Shown here: positions 7,828-17,410 of the stretch, one piece after another
How the letters are laid out: every line of letters begins with the position of its first letter
How positions within the stretch are numbered: position 1 is the stretch's first letter
DNA from: Cellvibrionaceae bacterium
GTDB lineage: Bacteria > Pseudomonadota > Gammaproteobacteria > Pseudomonadales > JAILXX01
Assembly (NCBI GenBank): GCA_045430295.1
Contig: JAILXX010000005.1
Coordinates: 110,893 to 174,892 of the forward strand
DNA length: 64,000 nt
Direction of reading: 5' to 3'
The notes under the pieces: model-generated
Told to the model about the DNA's origin: nothing
The model's input: only the letters and a program-made list of their open reading frames with translations
Database searches by the model: none
Made by a program: the position numbers and the translations under genes

Positions 7828-7963
7828 AATAATTCTCTGGTGTATTTCGAATGCGTTGTTGTTTTTGATCGTCGCATTTGTATCGATGTGGCTATCAATA
7901 CCTGATAGCAATTTAATTCAGCACCACAGTGTACCAGATTCACCACAAAGAAAAGATTTTCTC

Positions 7964-9748
7964 ATGCGTCGTAACACCTACACCGAGTTGGAAGGTAAAG
8001 ATATTGATTGGTCAGTGCTGAAATCCCTCTGGCCTTATTTATTGGAATTTAAAGGGCGAGTTGCACTGGCTTTGGGTTTGATGGTCTGTGCGAAATTGGC
8101 CTCAGTAGGCTTACCTTACGTGCTGAAATTTATTGTGGATGATCTCGATAAAGTGGACGCCACCGCAGCTGCGGTGGCCGCGCCCATTGGGTTGGTATTG
8201 TTCTACGGTTTGATTCGTTTTTTAACCACGCTGTTTAATGAACTGCGGGATACGGTATTTGGTCGTGTGACTGAGCGGGCTATGCGTCGAATCGGTTTAA
8301 GCGTTTTTCAGCATCTGCATCAACTGGATATTGATTTTCATTTAAGTCGTAAAACAGGAGGGCTTTCCCGTGATATTGAACGAGGCACTAGCGGCATTAA
8401 TTTTTTGATGCGCTTTATGGTGTTCAATATTGTGCCCACCTTGTTAGAGGTTTTTTTAATCGCCGGTATTTTATTTTACAGCTTCGGTTGGCTTTATGGC
8501 GTGATTGTATTGGTGTCAGTGGCGGCCTATGTGTACTTTTCTATGAAGGCAACGGACTGGCGTTCAGCGTTTGTCCGTGAAGCAAACCAAGCGGATTCTT
8601 CCAGTAGCACAAGGGCGATCGATAGTTTACTAAATTTTGAAACCGTTAAATATTTTACCAACGAAAAATATGAGGCGGACCGTTATGATGAAAATCTAGC
8701 GGATTGGGAAAAAGCAAAACGAAAGAATCGGTTGTCACTGTTTGCGCTCAATGGAGGGCAGTCTTTGATTATTGCCTTGGCAATGACTTCTATGCTGGTC
8801 TTAGCCGCTGTAAATACCGTTGAGGGAGATATGACCCTTGGTGATTTTGTTCTTGTTAACGCCTTTATGATGCAATTGTTTATTCCCTTGGGTTTTCTGG
8901 GGTTTGTGTATCGGGAAATAAAAAGTTCTATGGTTAACATTGAAGCCATGGTGGGGTTGTTAAAGGTGCGACCGAAGGTGGTGGACAAGCCCGATGCAAA
9001 GCCTTTGAAAAATCCTCAGGGAGATGTGGTTTTTGATGGTGTGGATTTTAACTACGATAGCGATCGTCAGATTCTGAAACAGATTTCCTTTGCCTTGCCC
9101 GCAGGTAAAAAAGTTGCCGTGGTAGGCGAAAGCGGCTCTGGGAAGTCCACCGTAGTGAAATTACTTCTCCGCTTATACGATACGGTCAATGGTCGTATCA
9201 CTATTGATGGTGAAAATATTGCGGAAGTCACCCAGCAGTCTTTGCGGGCCTCTATTGGTATTGTGCCGCAAGATACGGTGCTGTTTAACGACTCTATTTT
9301 CGAAAACATTCGCTATGGTCGCCCAGGCGCCAGTGACAGCGAAGTAGAAAACGCCATTCGTATGGCTCACCTCTCCGATTTTATTGCCGCCCTGCCGAAA
9401 GGTGGCGAAACCCTGGTGGGTGAGCGGGGATTGAAGCTGTCTGGTGGTGAGAAACAGCGGGTAGCTATCGCGAGAACCATTCTCAAAGGCGCTCAGATTT
9501 TAGTATTTGATGAGGCCACGTCTTCTCTGGATAGCCACTCTGAAAAAAGCATTCTTCAGGCTCTAGGGGAAATCGAAGGGGATCATACCCGCTTGGTGAT
9601 TGCTCATCGGCTTTCCACGGTGGTAGATGCAGACAGCATTCTGGTGCTGCACCAAGGGGAGGTGGTTGAGCAAGGTGATCATCAAGCCTTATTGCAGCAG
9701 CGGGGGCGCTATGCCCACCTATGGGAGCTACAGCAGCAGGAAGCTTAA
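7964..9748 (+). CDS. ABC exporter, fused permease/ATPase (Atm1/HMT1-like)
   Basis: Six-TM N-terminal half, Walker A 'GESGSGKST', signature 'LSGGEKQR', Walker B 'ILVFDEATS'. I prefer the ATG at 7964 (MRRNTYTELEG...) over 7856. Confidence 0.85.
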   Translation: MRRNTYTELEGKDIDWSVLKSLWPYLLEFKGRVALALGLMVCAKLASVGLPYVLKFIVDDLDKVDATAAAVAAPIGLVLFYGLIRFLTTLFNELRDTVFGRVTERAMRRIGLSVFQHLHQLDIDFHLSRKTGGLSRDIERGTSGINFLMRFMVFNIVPTLLEVFLIAGILFYSFGWLYGVIVLVSVAAYVYFSMKATDWRSAFVREANQADSSSSTRAIDSLLNFETVKYFTNEKYEADRYDENLADWEKAKRKNRLSLFALNGGQSLIIALAMTSMLVLAAVNTVEGDMTLGDFVLVNAFMMQLFIPLGFLGFVYREIKSSMVNIEAMVGLLKVRPKVVDKPDAKPLKNPQGDVVFDGVDFNYDSDRQILKQISFALPAGKKVAVVGESGSGKSTVVKLLLRLYDTVNGRITIDGENIAEVTQQSLRASIGIVPQDTVLFNDSIFENIRYGRPGASDSEVENAIRMAHLSDFIAALPKGGETLVGERGLKLSGGEKQRVAIARTILKGAQILVFDEATSSLDSHSEKSILQALGEIEGDHTRLVIAHRLSTVVDADSILVLHQGEVVEQGDHQALLQQRGRYAHLWELQQQEA

Positions 9749-9857
9749 ATACCCATTCTTATTTTTCTTTTGATAAATGTAGCTCTTGAGGTTTGTGGGT
9801 GCTTACTTTTATTTTTCTCTTCGCTGTCTATAGCGTAAAAATCTCAAAAATGGACTA

Positions 9858-9884
9858 TATAGAATGCTGGGCCAGTGCCGATAA
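9858..9884 (+). promoter_or_regulatory. Candidate sigma-28 (FliA) promoter upstream of the chemoreceptor gene
   Basis: The sequence is TATA-N15-GCCGATAA against the consensus TAAA-N15-GCCGATAA. The -10 element is exact and the -35 has one mismatch. Confidence 0.35.
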
Positions 9885-10009
9885 CCTATAGGTGTCTATG
9901 GCTCTCTTGGACTCTCATTGAGGGTAATAAGGGCCCTAAGTAAAGAGTCGGAATTCGGGTCAGGTAATACGATTAGGTAGTACGACCAAGTGATACAAAT
10001 AGGTATTTA

Positions 10010-11644
10010 ATGTCTCAACCACCAAGAAAAAAGATATTCCTCTCCGCTGTGTCATTACAGGCGAAGCTCTATGTGGCTTTGGTTGTGATTGGCGTGGTGA
10101 TTGTGAGTTGGTCTGTTTATCACACGAGCAACAATGACCGTCGTCTGGCGGAAAGTTTGATAGAAGATAATCTGTGGGACAAGGCCGACGGCTATTTCGA
10201 TGGTGTGAATGCCCTAATGATCAGCGGCATGCTGGCCAATAAAAAAGTTATCCAAGACAAATTTATGCAGCATGAGAGTATGCGTGAGGTACGGATTATC
10301 CGTCATGAAAATACCGTGCGTATGTTTGGAAAAGGCGATGTGGATGCTGCAGTAAAAGACGGCATTGATCGTCGCGCCTTATCAGGGGAAAGTGTTTCGC
10401 AAATTGATGACGTCAATGGCGAGCGTGTTTTCACTGTGGCTAAGCCTTTAATCGCGACTGAAAACACACGGGGCACTAACTGCTTGCATTGCCATAATGT
10501 GAAAAGCGGTGAAATTCTGGGAGCGGTGCGTATTAGCTATTCCCTGACATCTCTGGATGGTCGTGTGGCTGCTGGTGTGCAGAAGTCTGGCATGATGCAG
10601 TTGTTGGTGATCGTGATTGCCTTTTTGGGTTTGGCCTATTTTGTTCGTGTCAGTCTCATCTGGCGTTTTAAGCGCTTACAGAAAAAATTACTGCATATCG
10701 AATCCACTATGGATTTAAATTTACGTATCAATGCCGTGGCTGATGACGAGTTAGGTGAGGTAGCAAAAGCTCTAGATCGCATGATGAATCGCTTTCAGGA
10801 AAGCATGGCTTCTGTCTCGAAGTCGGCACAGGGCTTTATGGATCAATCACAGCAGGTTCATAGCATTTCCTCGGCTACAGAAATCGCCGTGGGTGAGCAA
10901 AAGAAAGGCGTCGAAGAAGTGAGTTTGGCCGTGCATGAGTTAGAAGGTGCCGCGGCCAGTGTGCGGAGTAGTGCCCATTCTGCATCAGAAAAATCGGCAG
11001 ATACGACTCTACTTACTCAGGAAAGCATCAGTATTGCAGAGACCGCTCGAGACAGTATTTATGCCCTCAAAGATGATGTGCAAGCGGCTGCGGATGTTAT
11101 CCAAAAACTCGATGAGCGAACTCAGGCGGTAAGTGGCGTTTTGTCGGTGATTAGAGGCATTGCAGAGCAAACAAATCTGTTGGCGTTGAATGCCGCCATT
11201 GAGGCCGCGCGAGCCGGTGAGCAAGGTCGCGGTTTTGCCGTGGTTGCGGATGAAGTTCGAAGCTTAGCAACGCGCACGCAGGATTCCACAGAAGAAATTC
11301 GCTCCACTATCGATGAGCTGCAGAAGGAAGCGGCAGCCGCTGTGGCGGCTATGGAACAATCCAGTAGTGCTGCGGAAATCCGTTCGAAAGATGTTCAGAC
11401 TGTGGCGGAGAAGCTGTCAGAGATTGCCGCACAAGTAGTGGAAGTAAGCGCGTTGAACGAGCAAATTGTGGATGCGACAGATCAGCAGAATGCGGCAGCC
11501 AATGCTATTATTCAAAGTGTGGATCAAATTACAGTTGCCGCAGAACAATCTGAAAAAGAAGTCGAAAAAGGTAAGGCAATTAGTACGGAATTGATTAATT
11601 TAGCGCAAGATCTCGATACGCGAGTTAATGAATTCAAAATTTAA
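10010..11644 (+). CDS. Methyl-accepting chemotaxis protein with a CxxCH-containing periplasmic sensor domain
   Basis: Two TM segments, a HAMP region, and the conserved MCP signalling hairpin '[35 protein letters not shown]'. 'CLHCH' lies at nt 10481-10495 in the periplasmic region. Confidence 0.9.
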   Translation: MSQPPRKKIFLSAVSLQAKLYVALVVIGVVIVSWSVYHTSNNDRRLAESLIEDNLWDKADGYFDGVNALMISGMLANKKVIQDKFMQHESMREVRIIRHENTVRMFGKGDVDAAVKDGIDRRALSGESVSQIDDVNGERVFTVAKPLIATENTRGTNCLHCHNVKSGEILGAVRISYSLTSLDGRVAAGVQKSGMMQLLVIVIAFLGLAYFVRVSLIWRFKRLQKKLLHIESTMDLNLRINAVADDELGEVAKALDRMMNRFQESMASVSKSAQGFMDQSQQVHSISSATEIAVGEQKKGVEEVSLAVHELEGAAASVRSSAHSASEKSADTTLLTQESISIAETARDSIYALKDDVQAAADVIQKLDERTQAVSGVLSVIRGIAEQTNLLALNAAIEAARAGEQGRGFAVVADEVRSLATRTQDSTEEIRSTIDELQKEAAAAVAAMEQSSSAAEIRSKDVQTVAEKLSEIAAQVVEVSALNEQIVDATDQQNAAANAIIQSVDQITVAAEQSEKEVEKGKAISTELINLAQDLDTRVNEFKI

Positions 11645-12552
11645 TGTTTAAACTATTTTTGTTTGCTATCGCTTCTGTCTTTGTTTTAGAAGGAAATGCT
11701 GATACTTCTGAAAAACAGCCCCTGCGTATTGCCTCGTGGAATGTGAATAACCTGGCTGAAATCGGTGTTCAGGCGCAATCTCGTGGACCGTTAAGAACTC
11801 AAGATGATTTCCAGGTTTTAAATGCCTACGCAAAGTCTTTGAATGCGGATGTTGTTGCTTTGCAAGAAGTGTCGTCGCTTTCGGCGTTATCGCGAGTTTT
11901 CCCGAAAGAGCAATATCAGCTGTATCTTTCGCCTCGTAAATCCGTTGAGGTTTCATCGAAAAAATATCCCGGAATTTATACTGCCTATGCGGTAAAGAAA
12001 GCGTTGGCTTCCCGTGTAAAAGTCAGTCCGTATGCGTTGCTAGGCATTGGAGGTGTTCGTTGGGGGTTAGAGCTTGTCTTAACAGGCGACAATAAACTTT
12101 CCCTACTGAATGTTCATCTTAAATCCGGTTGTGCTTACGGTTCTCTTAATAATATCCGTCGAAAACAATGTGAAACATTGCAGCAACAAATAACACCTTT
12201 AGAGCGTTGGATTGATAAAAAAGTTGGAAAAAAAGAAGCCTTTTTGGTATTGGGTGATTTTAACCGCGCATTTGATAAGTACAGCCAGCGAGATCACTTT
12301 TGGAAAGAGATTGATGACGACGAACCCAAAGGTATGGATTTATTAAGGCTGCCTTATAAGCAGGGGAATCGCTGCTGGGAAGGATCAGAAAACCACCACA
12401 GCTATCCTGTGGATTTCTTTGTGTTTGATAAAACATTATTGCCTCTAACGCGAGAAGCTTATGAGCAATTTGATTTCAATGAAGCGCAAAGAGATGAGGA
12501 AAGGAAGCTGCCGTCTGATCATTGCGCGGCAGTGCTAGAAATCAATTTATAG
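11644..12552 (+). CDS. Secreted endonuclease/exonuclease/phosphatase (EEP) family protein
   Basis: Signal-like N-terminus, 'LRIASWNVNNL', 'VALQEV', 'GDFN' and C-terminal 'SDHCAAVLEI'. The start overlaps the MCP stop (TAATG). Confidence 0.75.
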   Translation: MFKLFLFAIASVFVLEGNADTSEKQPLRIASWNVNNLAEIGVQAQSRGPLRTQDDFQVLNAYAKSLNADVVALQEVSSLSALSRVFPKEQYQLYLSPRKSVEVSSKKYPGIYTAYAVKKALASRVKVSPYALLGIGGVRWGLELVLTGDNKLSLLNVHLKSGCAYGSLNNIRRKQCETLQQQITPLERWIDKKVGKKEAFLVLGDFNRAFDKYSQRDHFWKEIDDDEPKGMDLLRLPYKQGNRCWEGSENHHSYPVDFFVFDKTLLPLTREAYEQFDFNEAQRDEERKLPSDHCAAVLEINL

Positions 12553-12580
12553 TCAAAAATTGCTCCTACTATTTTTGAAA

Positions 12581-12648
12581 TACCGCCATCCATGGCGGTA
12601 AAAGTCAGCTAGCTCCTGTCATCCTGACGAGCAGCGTGAGGAAGGATC
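12581..12648. repeat. REP-like palindromic units in the EEP/cysK convergent gap
   Basis: A perfect hairpin taccgccatc/catggcggta lies at 12581-12600. 'gtcatcctgacgagcagcgtgaggaaggatc' (12618-12648) shares the GTCAYYCC...GGAT(C) ends of the family seen at 15243-15584. Confidence 0.5.
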
Positions 12649-12774
12649 TTTTCTAGGTAGGTGTGTATTTTAAACAGATTCTTCACTTGCCCTATAAGGA
12701 TGGAGGGCATTTCAAAAACGCAGGAGCAATTTTTGATCGTTCAGAATGACATGTTTTTTCCAGCGCCCAGCACC

Positions 12775-13740
12775 TTACGCAATCAACTCTTTATCCGTAA
12801 ACATATCATTGAACAGAATGCTCGACAGGTAACGCTCTCCAGAGTCCGGCAGTACTACCACAATATGTTTGCCGGCGTTCTCTGGCTTCTCGGCAAGACG
12901 AACGGCAGCGGTAACGGCTGCGCCGGAAGAAATCCCCGCAAGAATACCTTCCTCCTGCATCAGTTTGTGTGCCATGGCGATGGCATCTTCGTTGGTGACT
13001 GTTTCAGAACCGTCCAGTACGTCCAAGTCTAGATTCTTAGGGATAAAACCTGCACCAATGCCCTGAATTTTATGAGGTGAGTGAGTAAGTTCTTCACCGG
13101 CACGTGTTTGGGTGATTAGCGGTGAGTCAGCAGGTTCTACAGCAATCACTTGTACATCGCTTTTTTGCTGCTTCAGGTAGCGGCCTGTGCCTGAAACGGT
13201 GCCCCCTGTGCCTACGCCGGCTACGAAAATGTCCACTAAACCGTCGGTATCGCTCCACACTTCAGGGCCTGTGGTTTTCTCGTGAATCTCAGGGTTGGCC
13301 GGGTTTTCGAATTGGCGAGGCATAAAATACTTGCTGGGGTCGCTGGCGACGATTTCTTCTGCCTTGGCGATGGATTCTTTAATACCCTTGGCGCCGTCGG
13401 TCAGTTCTAATTCTGCACCCAGTGCTTTGATGATTTTGCGGCGCTCCAGGCTCATGGTGTTCGGCATGGTGAGGATAAGGTTATAGCCGCGAGAAGCGCA
13501 GACAAAGGCCAAGGCAATGCCCGTGTTACCTGAAGTAGGCTCAACCACGGTCATTCCTGGCTTGAGCTCACCGCGTTTTTCCGCGTCCCAGATCATATTG
13601 GCACCGATACGGCATTTTACCGAGGTGGCCGGGTTGCGAGATTCTAGCTTGGCGTACACGTTCTTATCGGTCACCTTGCTCAATTTCACCAGTGGGGTGT
13701 TGCCGATGGTTTGGGAGTTGTCCTCGTAAATCTTACTCAT
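12775..13740 (-). CDS. cysK: Cysteine synthase A (O-acetylserine sulfhydrylase)
   Basis: 'IGNTPLVKL', the PLP-lysine motif '[11 protein letters not shown]', and 'GTGGT'. Confidence 0.92.
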   Translation of the reverse strand: MSKIYEDNSQTIGNTPLVKLSKVTDKNVYAKLESRNPATSVKCRIGANMIWDAEKRGELKPGMTVVEPTSGNTGIALAFVCASRGYNLILTMPNTMSLERRKIIKALGAELELTDGAKGIKESIAKAEEIVASDPSKYFMPRQFENPANPEIHEKTTGPEVWSDTDGLVDIFVAGVGTGGTVSGTGRYLKQQKSDVQVIAVEPADSPLITQTRAGEELTHSPHKIQGIGAGFIPKNLDLDVLDGSETVTNEDAIAMAHKLMQEEGILAGISSGAAVTAAVRLAEKPENAGKHIVVVLPDSGERYLSSILFNDMFTDKELIA

Positions 13741-13931
13741 GCCAGTATTCGCTCTTATTAAAATGGATGATGTCCAGTAGGGTCGGTCTCTAAAGGTGGC
13801 TCAGTATACCTTCCTATTATCCAGGGATGCAGGCTCCTAAATAGAATCAGGCGCCAACTTTCCGGTGGAGGCGGAAGCGCCAGGCCAGTATAATTCGCCC
13901 TTTGTGATTCAACCTATTATCGAGAAGCCCT

Positions 13932-14525
13932 ATGACACAGCGTACCGCGTCTGTATCCCGAGACACGTTAGAAACCCAGATCAGCGCTAGTATTAATCTG
14001 GATGGCACTGGCAAAGCCGCATTCGACACCCCTGTGCCGTTTCTAGAGCACATGATGGATCAGATCGCTCGTCACGGCTTGATTGACCTGGATATCAAAG
14101 CCAAGGGCGATACACACATCGACGACCATCATACTGCCGAAGATATTGGTATCACCCTTGGTCAGGCCTTTGCTCAGGCCGTGGGAGATAAAAAAGGCAT
14201 CTACCGTTACGGCCACAGTTATGTGCCGTTGGACGAAGCCCTTTCACGGGTTGTGATCGATTTTTCTGGTCGCCCTGGCTTGACCATGAACGTGGAGTTT
14301 ACTCGCGCGTCTATTGGTGGCTTTGATACCGAGTTGTTCTACGAGTTTTTCCAAGGCTTTGTAAATCACGCTCAGGTGACTTTGCACATCGACAACCTTC
14401 GCGGTCACAACGCACATCACCAAATCGAAACCATCTTCAAAGCATTTGGTCGTGCGTTGCGTATGGCGTTAACCCAAGACGAACGTATGGCAGGGCAGTT
14501 ACCGTCCACGAAAGGCGCTTTGTAA
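13932..14525 (+). CDS. hisB: Imidazoleglycerol-phosphate dehydratase
   Basis: '[14 protein letters not shown]', '[11 protein letters not shown]', '[19 protein letters not shown]'. Confidence 0.95.
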   Translation: MTQRTASVSRDTLETQISASINLDGTGKAAFDTPVPFLEHMMDQIARHGLIDLDIKAKGDTHIDDHHTAEDIGITLGQAFAQAVGDKKGIYRYGHSYVPLDEALSRVVIDFSGRPGLTMNVEFTRASIGGFDTELFYEFFQGFVNHAQVTLHIDNLRGHNAHHQIETIFKAFGRALRMALTQDERMAGQLPSTKGAL

Positions 14526-14575
14526 GCGATCGTAATCGGTTAAATTAAAGCGCTAAGACGCAAGAGTTAAGATGT

Positions 14576-15232
14576 ATGAGTAACACCATTGCAGTCATCG
14601 ACTATGGCATGGGTAATTTGCATTCCGTGTCTAAAGCACTGGAGCACGTTGCCCCTAATGCCCAAGTGATTGTCACTGCCGACGCTCAGCAAATTCACGA
14701 TGCCGACCGCGTGGTCTTTCCCGGTGTGGGCGCTATTCGCGATTGCATGGGGGAGATTCTTCGCGGCGGTTTCGATGCTGCCGTGAAAGATGCCATTGAT
14801 TCCGGGAAGCCGACCTTAGGGATCTGTGTGGGTATGCAAGCGCTGTTAAACCACAGTGAAGAAAATAATGGCGTGGAATGCTTGGGCTTTCTCGACGGCG
14901 AGGTAAAGTTCTTTGGTAATGATTTGCACGAAGGCGGCGATTCATCCAATCCAAGGCTTAAAGTTCCCCATATGGGTTGGAATTGCGTAGAGCAAATACA
15001 AGATCACCCCATGTGGGCGGGCATCGAAAGTGGTAGTCGTTTTTACTTTGTTCACAGTTATTATTGTTTGGCGAAAAATCGTGAGCAAGTAACGGCACGT
15101 TGTCATTACGGTGTGGATTTCGATGTGGCTTTGGTGCAAGGCAATTTATTTACCGCGCAATTCCACCCGGAAAAAAGTGCCGATAATGGCTTGCAGTTGT
15201 TAAAGAATTTTTCTAGTTGGCAGCCTGAGTAA
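14576..15232 (+). CDS. hisH: Imidazole glycerol phosphate synthase, glutamine amidotransferase subunit
   Basis: '[14 protein letters not shown]', catalytic 'GICVGMQ', 'FVHSY', 'QFHPEKS'. Confidence 0.95.
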   Translation: MSNTIAVIDYGMGNLHSVSKALEHVAPNAQVIVTADAQQIHDADRVVFPGVGAIRDCMGEILRGGFDAAVKDAIDSGKPTLGICVGMQALLNHSEENNGVECLGFLDGEVKFFGNDLHEGGDSSNPRLKVPHMGWNCVEQIQDHPMWAGIESGSRFYFVHSYYCLAKNREQVTARCHYGVDFDVALVQGNLFTAQFHPEKSADNGLQLLKNFSSWQPE

Positions 15233-15242
15233 AAATTGTACT

Positions 15243-15584
15243 GTCACTCCAGCAGAAGCTTACTACTGTCCGGGGGGATTTTGGAAATCGGATCCAAAGC
15301 GTTACTTTATAAAGTATGGTGATGTTTTGCGATTGGCTGGGGCTCAAAAAGAACACCGTCACTCCAGCGAAAGCTGGAGTCTAGCAATAAGATTTTAATC
15401 TCTTAATTTAGAGTGTAATTTTTTAGGGCTGGATACCAGCGTTCGCTGGTATGACGAAAATTAGATCAAGTCACCCCCGCGAATGCCTCCAAGGATGGAG
15501 GTAGTAAGGCGACGCAGGACGCCAAAGCCGAGGCGGGGGTCTTCTATGAACCAAACAATAGATTCCCGCCTGCGCGGGAATGAC
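15243..15584. repeat. Cluster of REP-like palindromic elements filling the hisH-hisF gap
   Basis: Six units: 15243-15260 (degenerate); 15358-15381 GTCACTCCAGCGAAAGCTGGAGTC; 15431-15455 GGATACCAGCGTTCGCTGGTATGAC; 15470-15541, a long hairpin (acccccgc/gcgggggt) enclosing an inner hairpin at 15486-15501; and 15561-15584 GATTCCCGCCTGCGCGGGAATGAC. Confidence 0.8.
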
Positions 15585-15627
15585 GCGTGTTTATATCACG
15601 CATTAAAGTATTCTTCCGGAGTAAACC

Positions 15628-16401
15628 TTGGCTTTAGCAAAACGCATTATTCCCTGTCTCGATGTTGAAAATGGTCGTGTCGTAAAAGGCGTGAACTTTG
15701 TGGATATTCGCGATGCTGGAGATCCTGTGGAGGTCGCTCGTCGCTACAACGAGCAGGGCGCAGATGAAATTACTTTTTTGGATATTACGGCCACCCATGA
15801 AGGCCGGGATACCACCGTGCATACCGTTGAACGTATGGCTTCGGAAGTGTTTATTCCTCTTACCGTTGGGGGTGGCATTCGCACAGTCGATGATATTCGC
15901 ACTATGTTAAACGCGGGGGCTGATAAAGTTTCTATTAATTCTGCAGCAGTCAAAAATCCTGATTTTGTCAAAGAAGCCTCTGATCGATTTGGTGCTCAGT
16001 GTATCGTGGTTGCCATCGATGCAAAAAAAGTCAGTAGCGAAGGAGAAACACCTCGCTGGGAAATTTTCACCCACGGTGGCCGCAAACCTACGGGTATTGA
16101 TGCGGTTGAATGGGCGGTGCGTATGACCGAATACGGCGCCGGTGAAATTCTGCTAACCAGTATGGACCGTGACGGGACTAAAAATGGTTTTGATCTGGGC
16201 GTTACCCGAGCCATTAGTGATGCGGTGCGTATTCCCGTGATTGCCTCTGGTGGTGTTGGCAACTTACAGCACTTGGTTGATGGTGTTAAAGAAGGTGGTG
16301 CCGATGCAGTGCTCGCTGCCAGTATTTTTCACTTTGGTGAATATAGTATTCCCGAAGCGAAAAACTATATGGCAGAGCGTGGTGTGGAGATGCGGTTGTA
16401 G
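15628..16401 (+). CDS. hisF: Imidazole glycerol phosphate synthase, cyclase subunit
   Basis: TTG start after a GGAG RBS. '[11 protein letters not shown]', 'GADE(I)TFLDI' and 'GGGIR', over the full (beta/alpha)8 length. Confidence 0.95.
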   Translation: MALAKRIIPCLDVENGRVVKGVNFVDIRDAGDPVEVARRYNEQGADEITFLDITATHEGRDTTVHTVERMASEVFIPLTVGGGIRTVDDIRTMLNAGADKVSINSAAVKNPDFVKEASDRFGAQCIVVAIDAKKVSSEGETPRWEIFTHGGRKPTGIDAVEWAVRMTEYGAGEILLTSMDRDGTKNGFDLGVTRAISDAVRIPVIASGGVGNLQHLVDGVKEGGADAVLAASIFHFGEYSIPEAKNYMAERGVEMRL

Positions 16402-16456
16402 GATTGCCAACGTAAGGGAGATGACATGGATATTCGTTCTTTAAATAACTCTTTAA

Positions 16457-16828
16457 ATGAGTTGCCACAAAAAGCTAAGCTTCTTGTGGCTGGATATGGT
16501 TTTATATTTTTTGGCTCTTCAGCGTCTGCTGCGGGGCGTTTCTAATTCTAGCTTCGCTTATCCTTTTGGCTATTGGCTCTATCTTTATTTTCTTTCTCAT
16601 CCAGAAAAATTATATATCTTGGTTGGTAGCTTGGTAGCTTGGATAGTTGTTGGTTTACTTTTTATTACCCTTCTTCTGAGTACGGAGCCTAGTTCTCAGA
16701 CGGTTCCTGTTATTGCTTTGATGGGAGGAATTCTGTGGGGCTTAATCGTCGTTTTTCGTTTTGTGAACGGAGAGGAGATGAGAGAGATATACGGGGTTGT
16801 ATCTGCAAAGGATATTGATTTTAGATAG
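16457..16828 (+). CDS. Hypothetical small membrane protein (doubtful start; possible frameshift with a 39-codon ORF at 16426-16545)
   Basis: AT-rich, with hydrophobic stretches 'LYILVGSLVAWIVVGLLFITLLL' and 'IALMGGILWGLIVVF'. There is no good RBS at 16457. Confidence 0.3.
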   Translation: MSCHKKLSFLWLDMVLYFLALQRLLRGVSNSSFAYPFGYWLYLYFLSHPEKLYILVGSLVAWIVVGLLFITLLLSTEPSSQTVPVIALMGGILWGLIVVFRFVNGEEMREIYGVVSAKDIDFR

Positions 16829-16860
16829 TTCTAAGTTTTACTGCCCTAAAACGCAAAAAA

Positions 16861-16886
16861 GCACAGTTAACGCTAATTAACTGTGC
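16861..16886. terminator. Bidirectional hairpin terminator
   Basis: gcacagttaa / ttaactgtgc with a 6-nt loop, flanked by A-runs on both sides (an upstream T-run on the minus strand only). Confidence 0.6.
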
Positions 16887-16914
16887 TTAAAAATACCTTA
16901 TTAAAATTGTCTTT

Positions 16915-17145
16915 TTACGCGACCTGCACTCGGTGCAAGAAGGTCAGTGACCGTGGGTCAGGGTTGCCGGTGATAAAGTCGATGTATTCACCAACGCCTT
17001 CGGCGGCTTCTGCTCGGCTGTCGAAAGGACCTACTTGAACGCCTTCACGAGTAGAGAAGAACCAGTAGTTGTCGTGTTCGCTTAAACGCTCTGAGCGATC
17101 GTGTGGAATGGCGGCTTCGCCTTGACGATTACGAGTTGAAATCAT
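16915..17145 (-). CDS. Small conserved hypothetical protein (76 aa)
   Basis: I prefer the ATG at 17145. The pattern 'R.QGE....HDRSERL.....YWFFSTREG..VGPFDSRAEAE' is one I recall from small gammaproteobacterial DUF proteins (unverified). Confidence 0.55.
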   Translation of the reverse strand: MISTRNRQGEAAIPHDRSERLSEHDNYWFFSTREGVQVGPFDSRAEAAEGVGEYIDFITGNPDPRSLTFLHRVQVA

Positions 17146-17410
17146 GAGATTGCCCTCTGCTTTAACTTCCAAGTTATGTGGGTTAAAACACGTCTGCACT
17201 ATTACTTTTGGTTTTGTAAGAGTGTCATCCGTGAAATAAAGCTTCCTTCGTTATACGTCATTCAGAAAGACATGGTCTGGCAGTTGAGTTGCCAAGGTCT
17301 TGAATGTCGAATAAAACGACGTGCTTATTATCACTAGCTATCGGCTAAAAATCAAACAAATGTAGTAAAAAGCCGATTAATCGTCGCTTTTTGGAATAAA
17401 TGGTCGACGA

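Noticed and set aside
7828-7963. Long starts for mutY (7911) and the ABC exporter (7856), which would make the divergent genes overlap by 56 nt
   Set aside because: The extra residues do not match the conserved N-termini. MutY homology begins near 'FSSAVLAWF', and the ABC protein reads naturally from MRRNTYTELEG at 7964. The mutY start remains uncertain.
12661-13032. 123-aa plus-strand ORF
   Set aside because: It is largely antisense to cysK and begins in repeat DNA.
15483-15668. 61-aa ORF between hisH and hisF
   Set aside because: It is composed of REP-like palindromes, giving the Arg/Pro-rich 'MPPRMEVVRRRRTPKPRRG', and it overlaps the hisF start.
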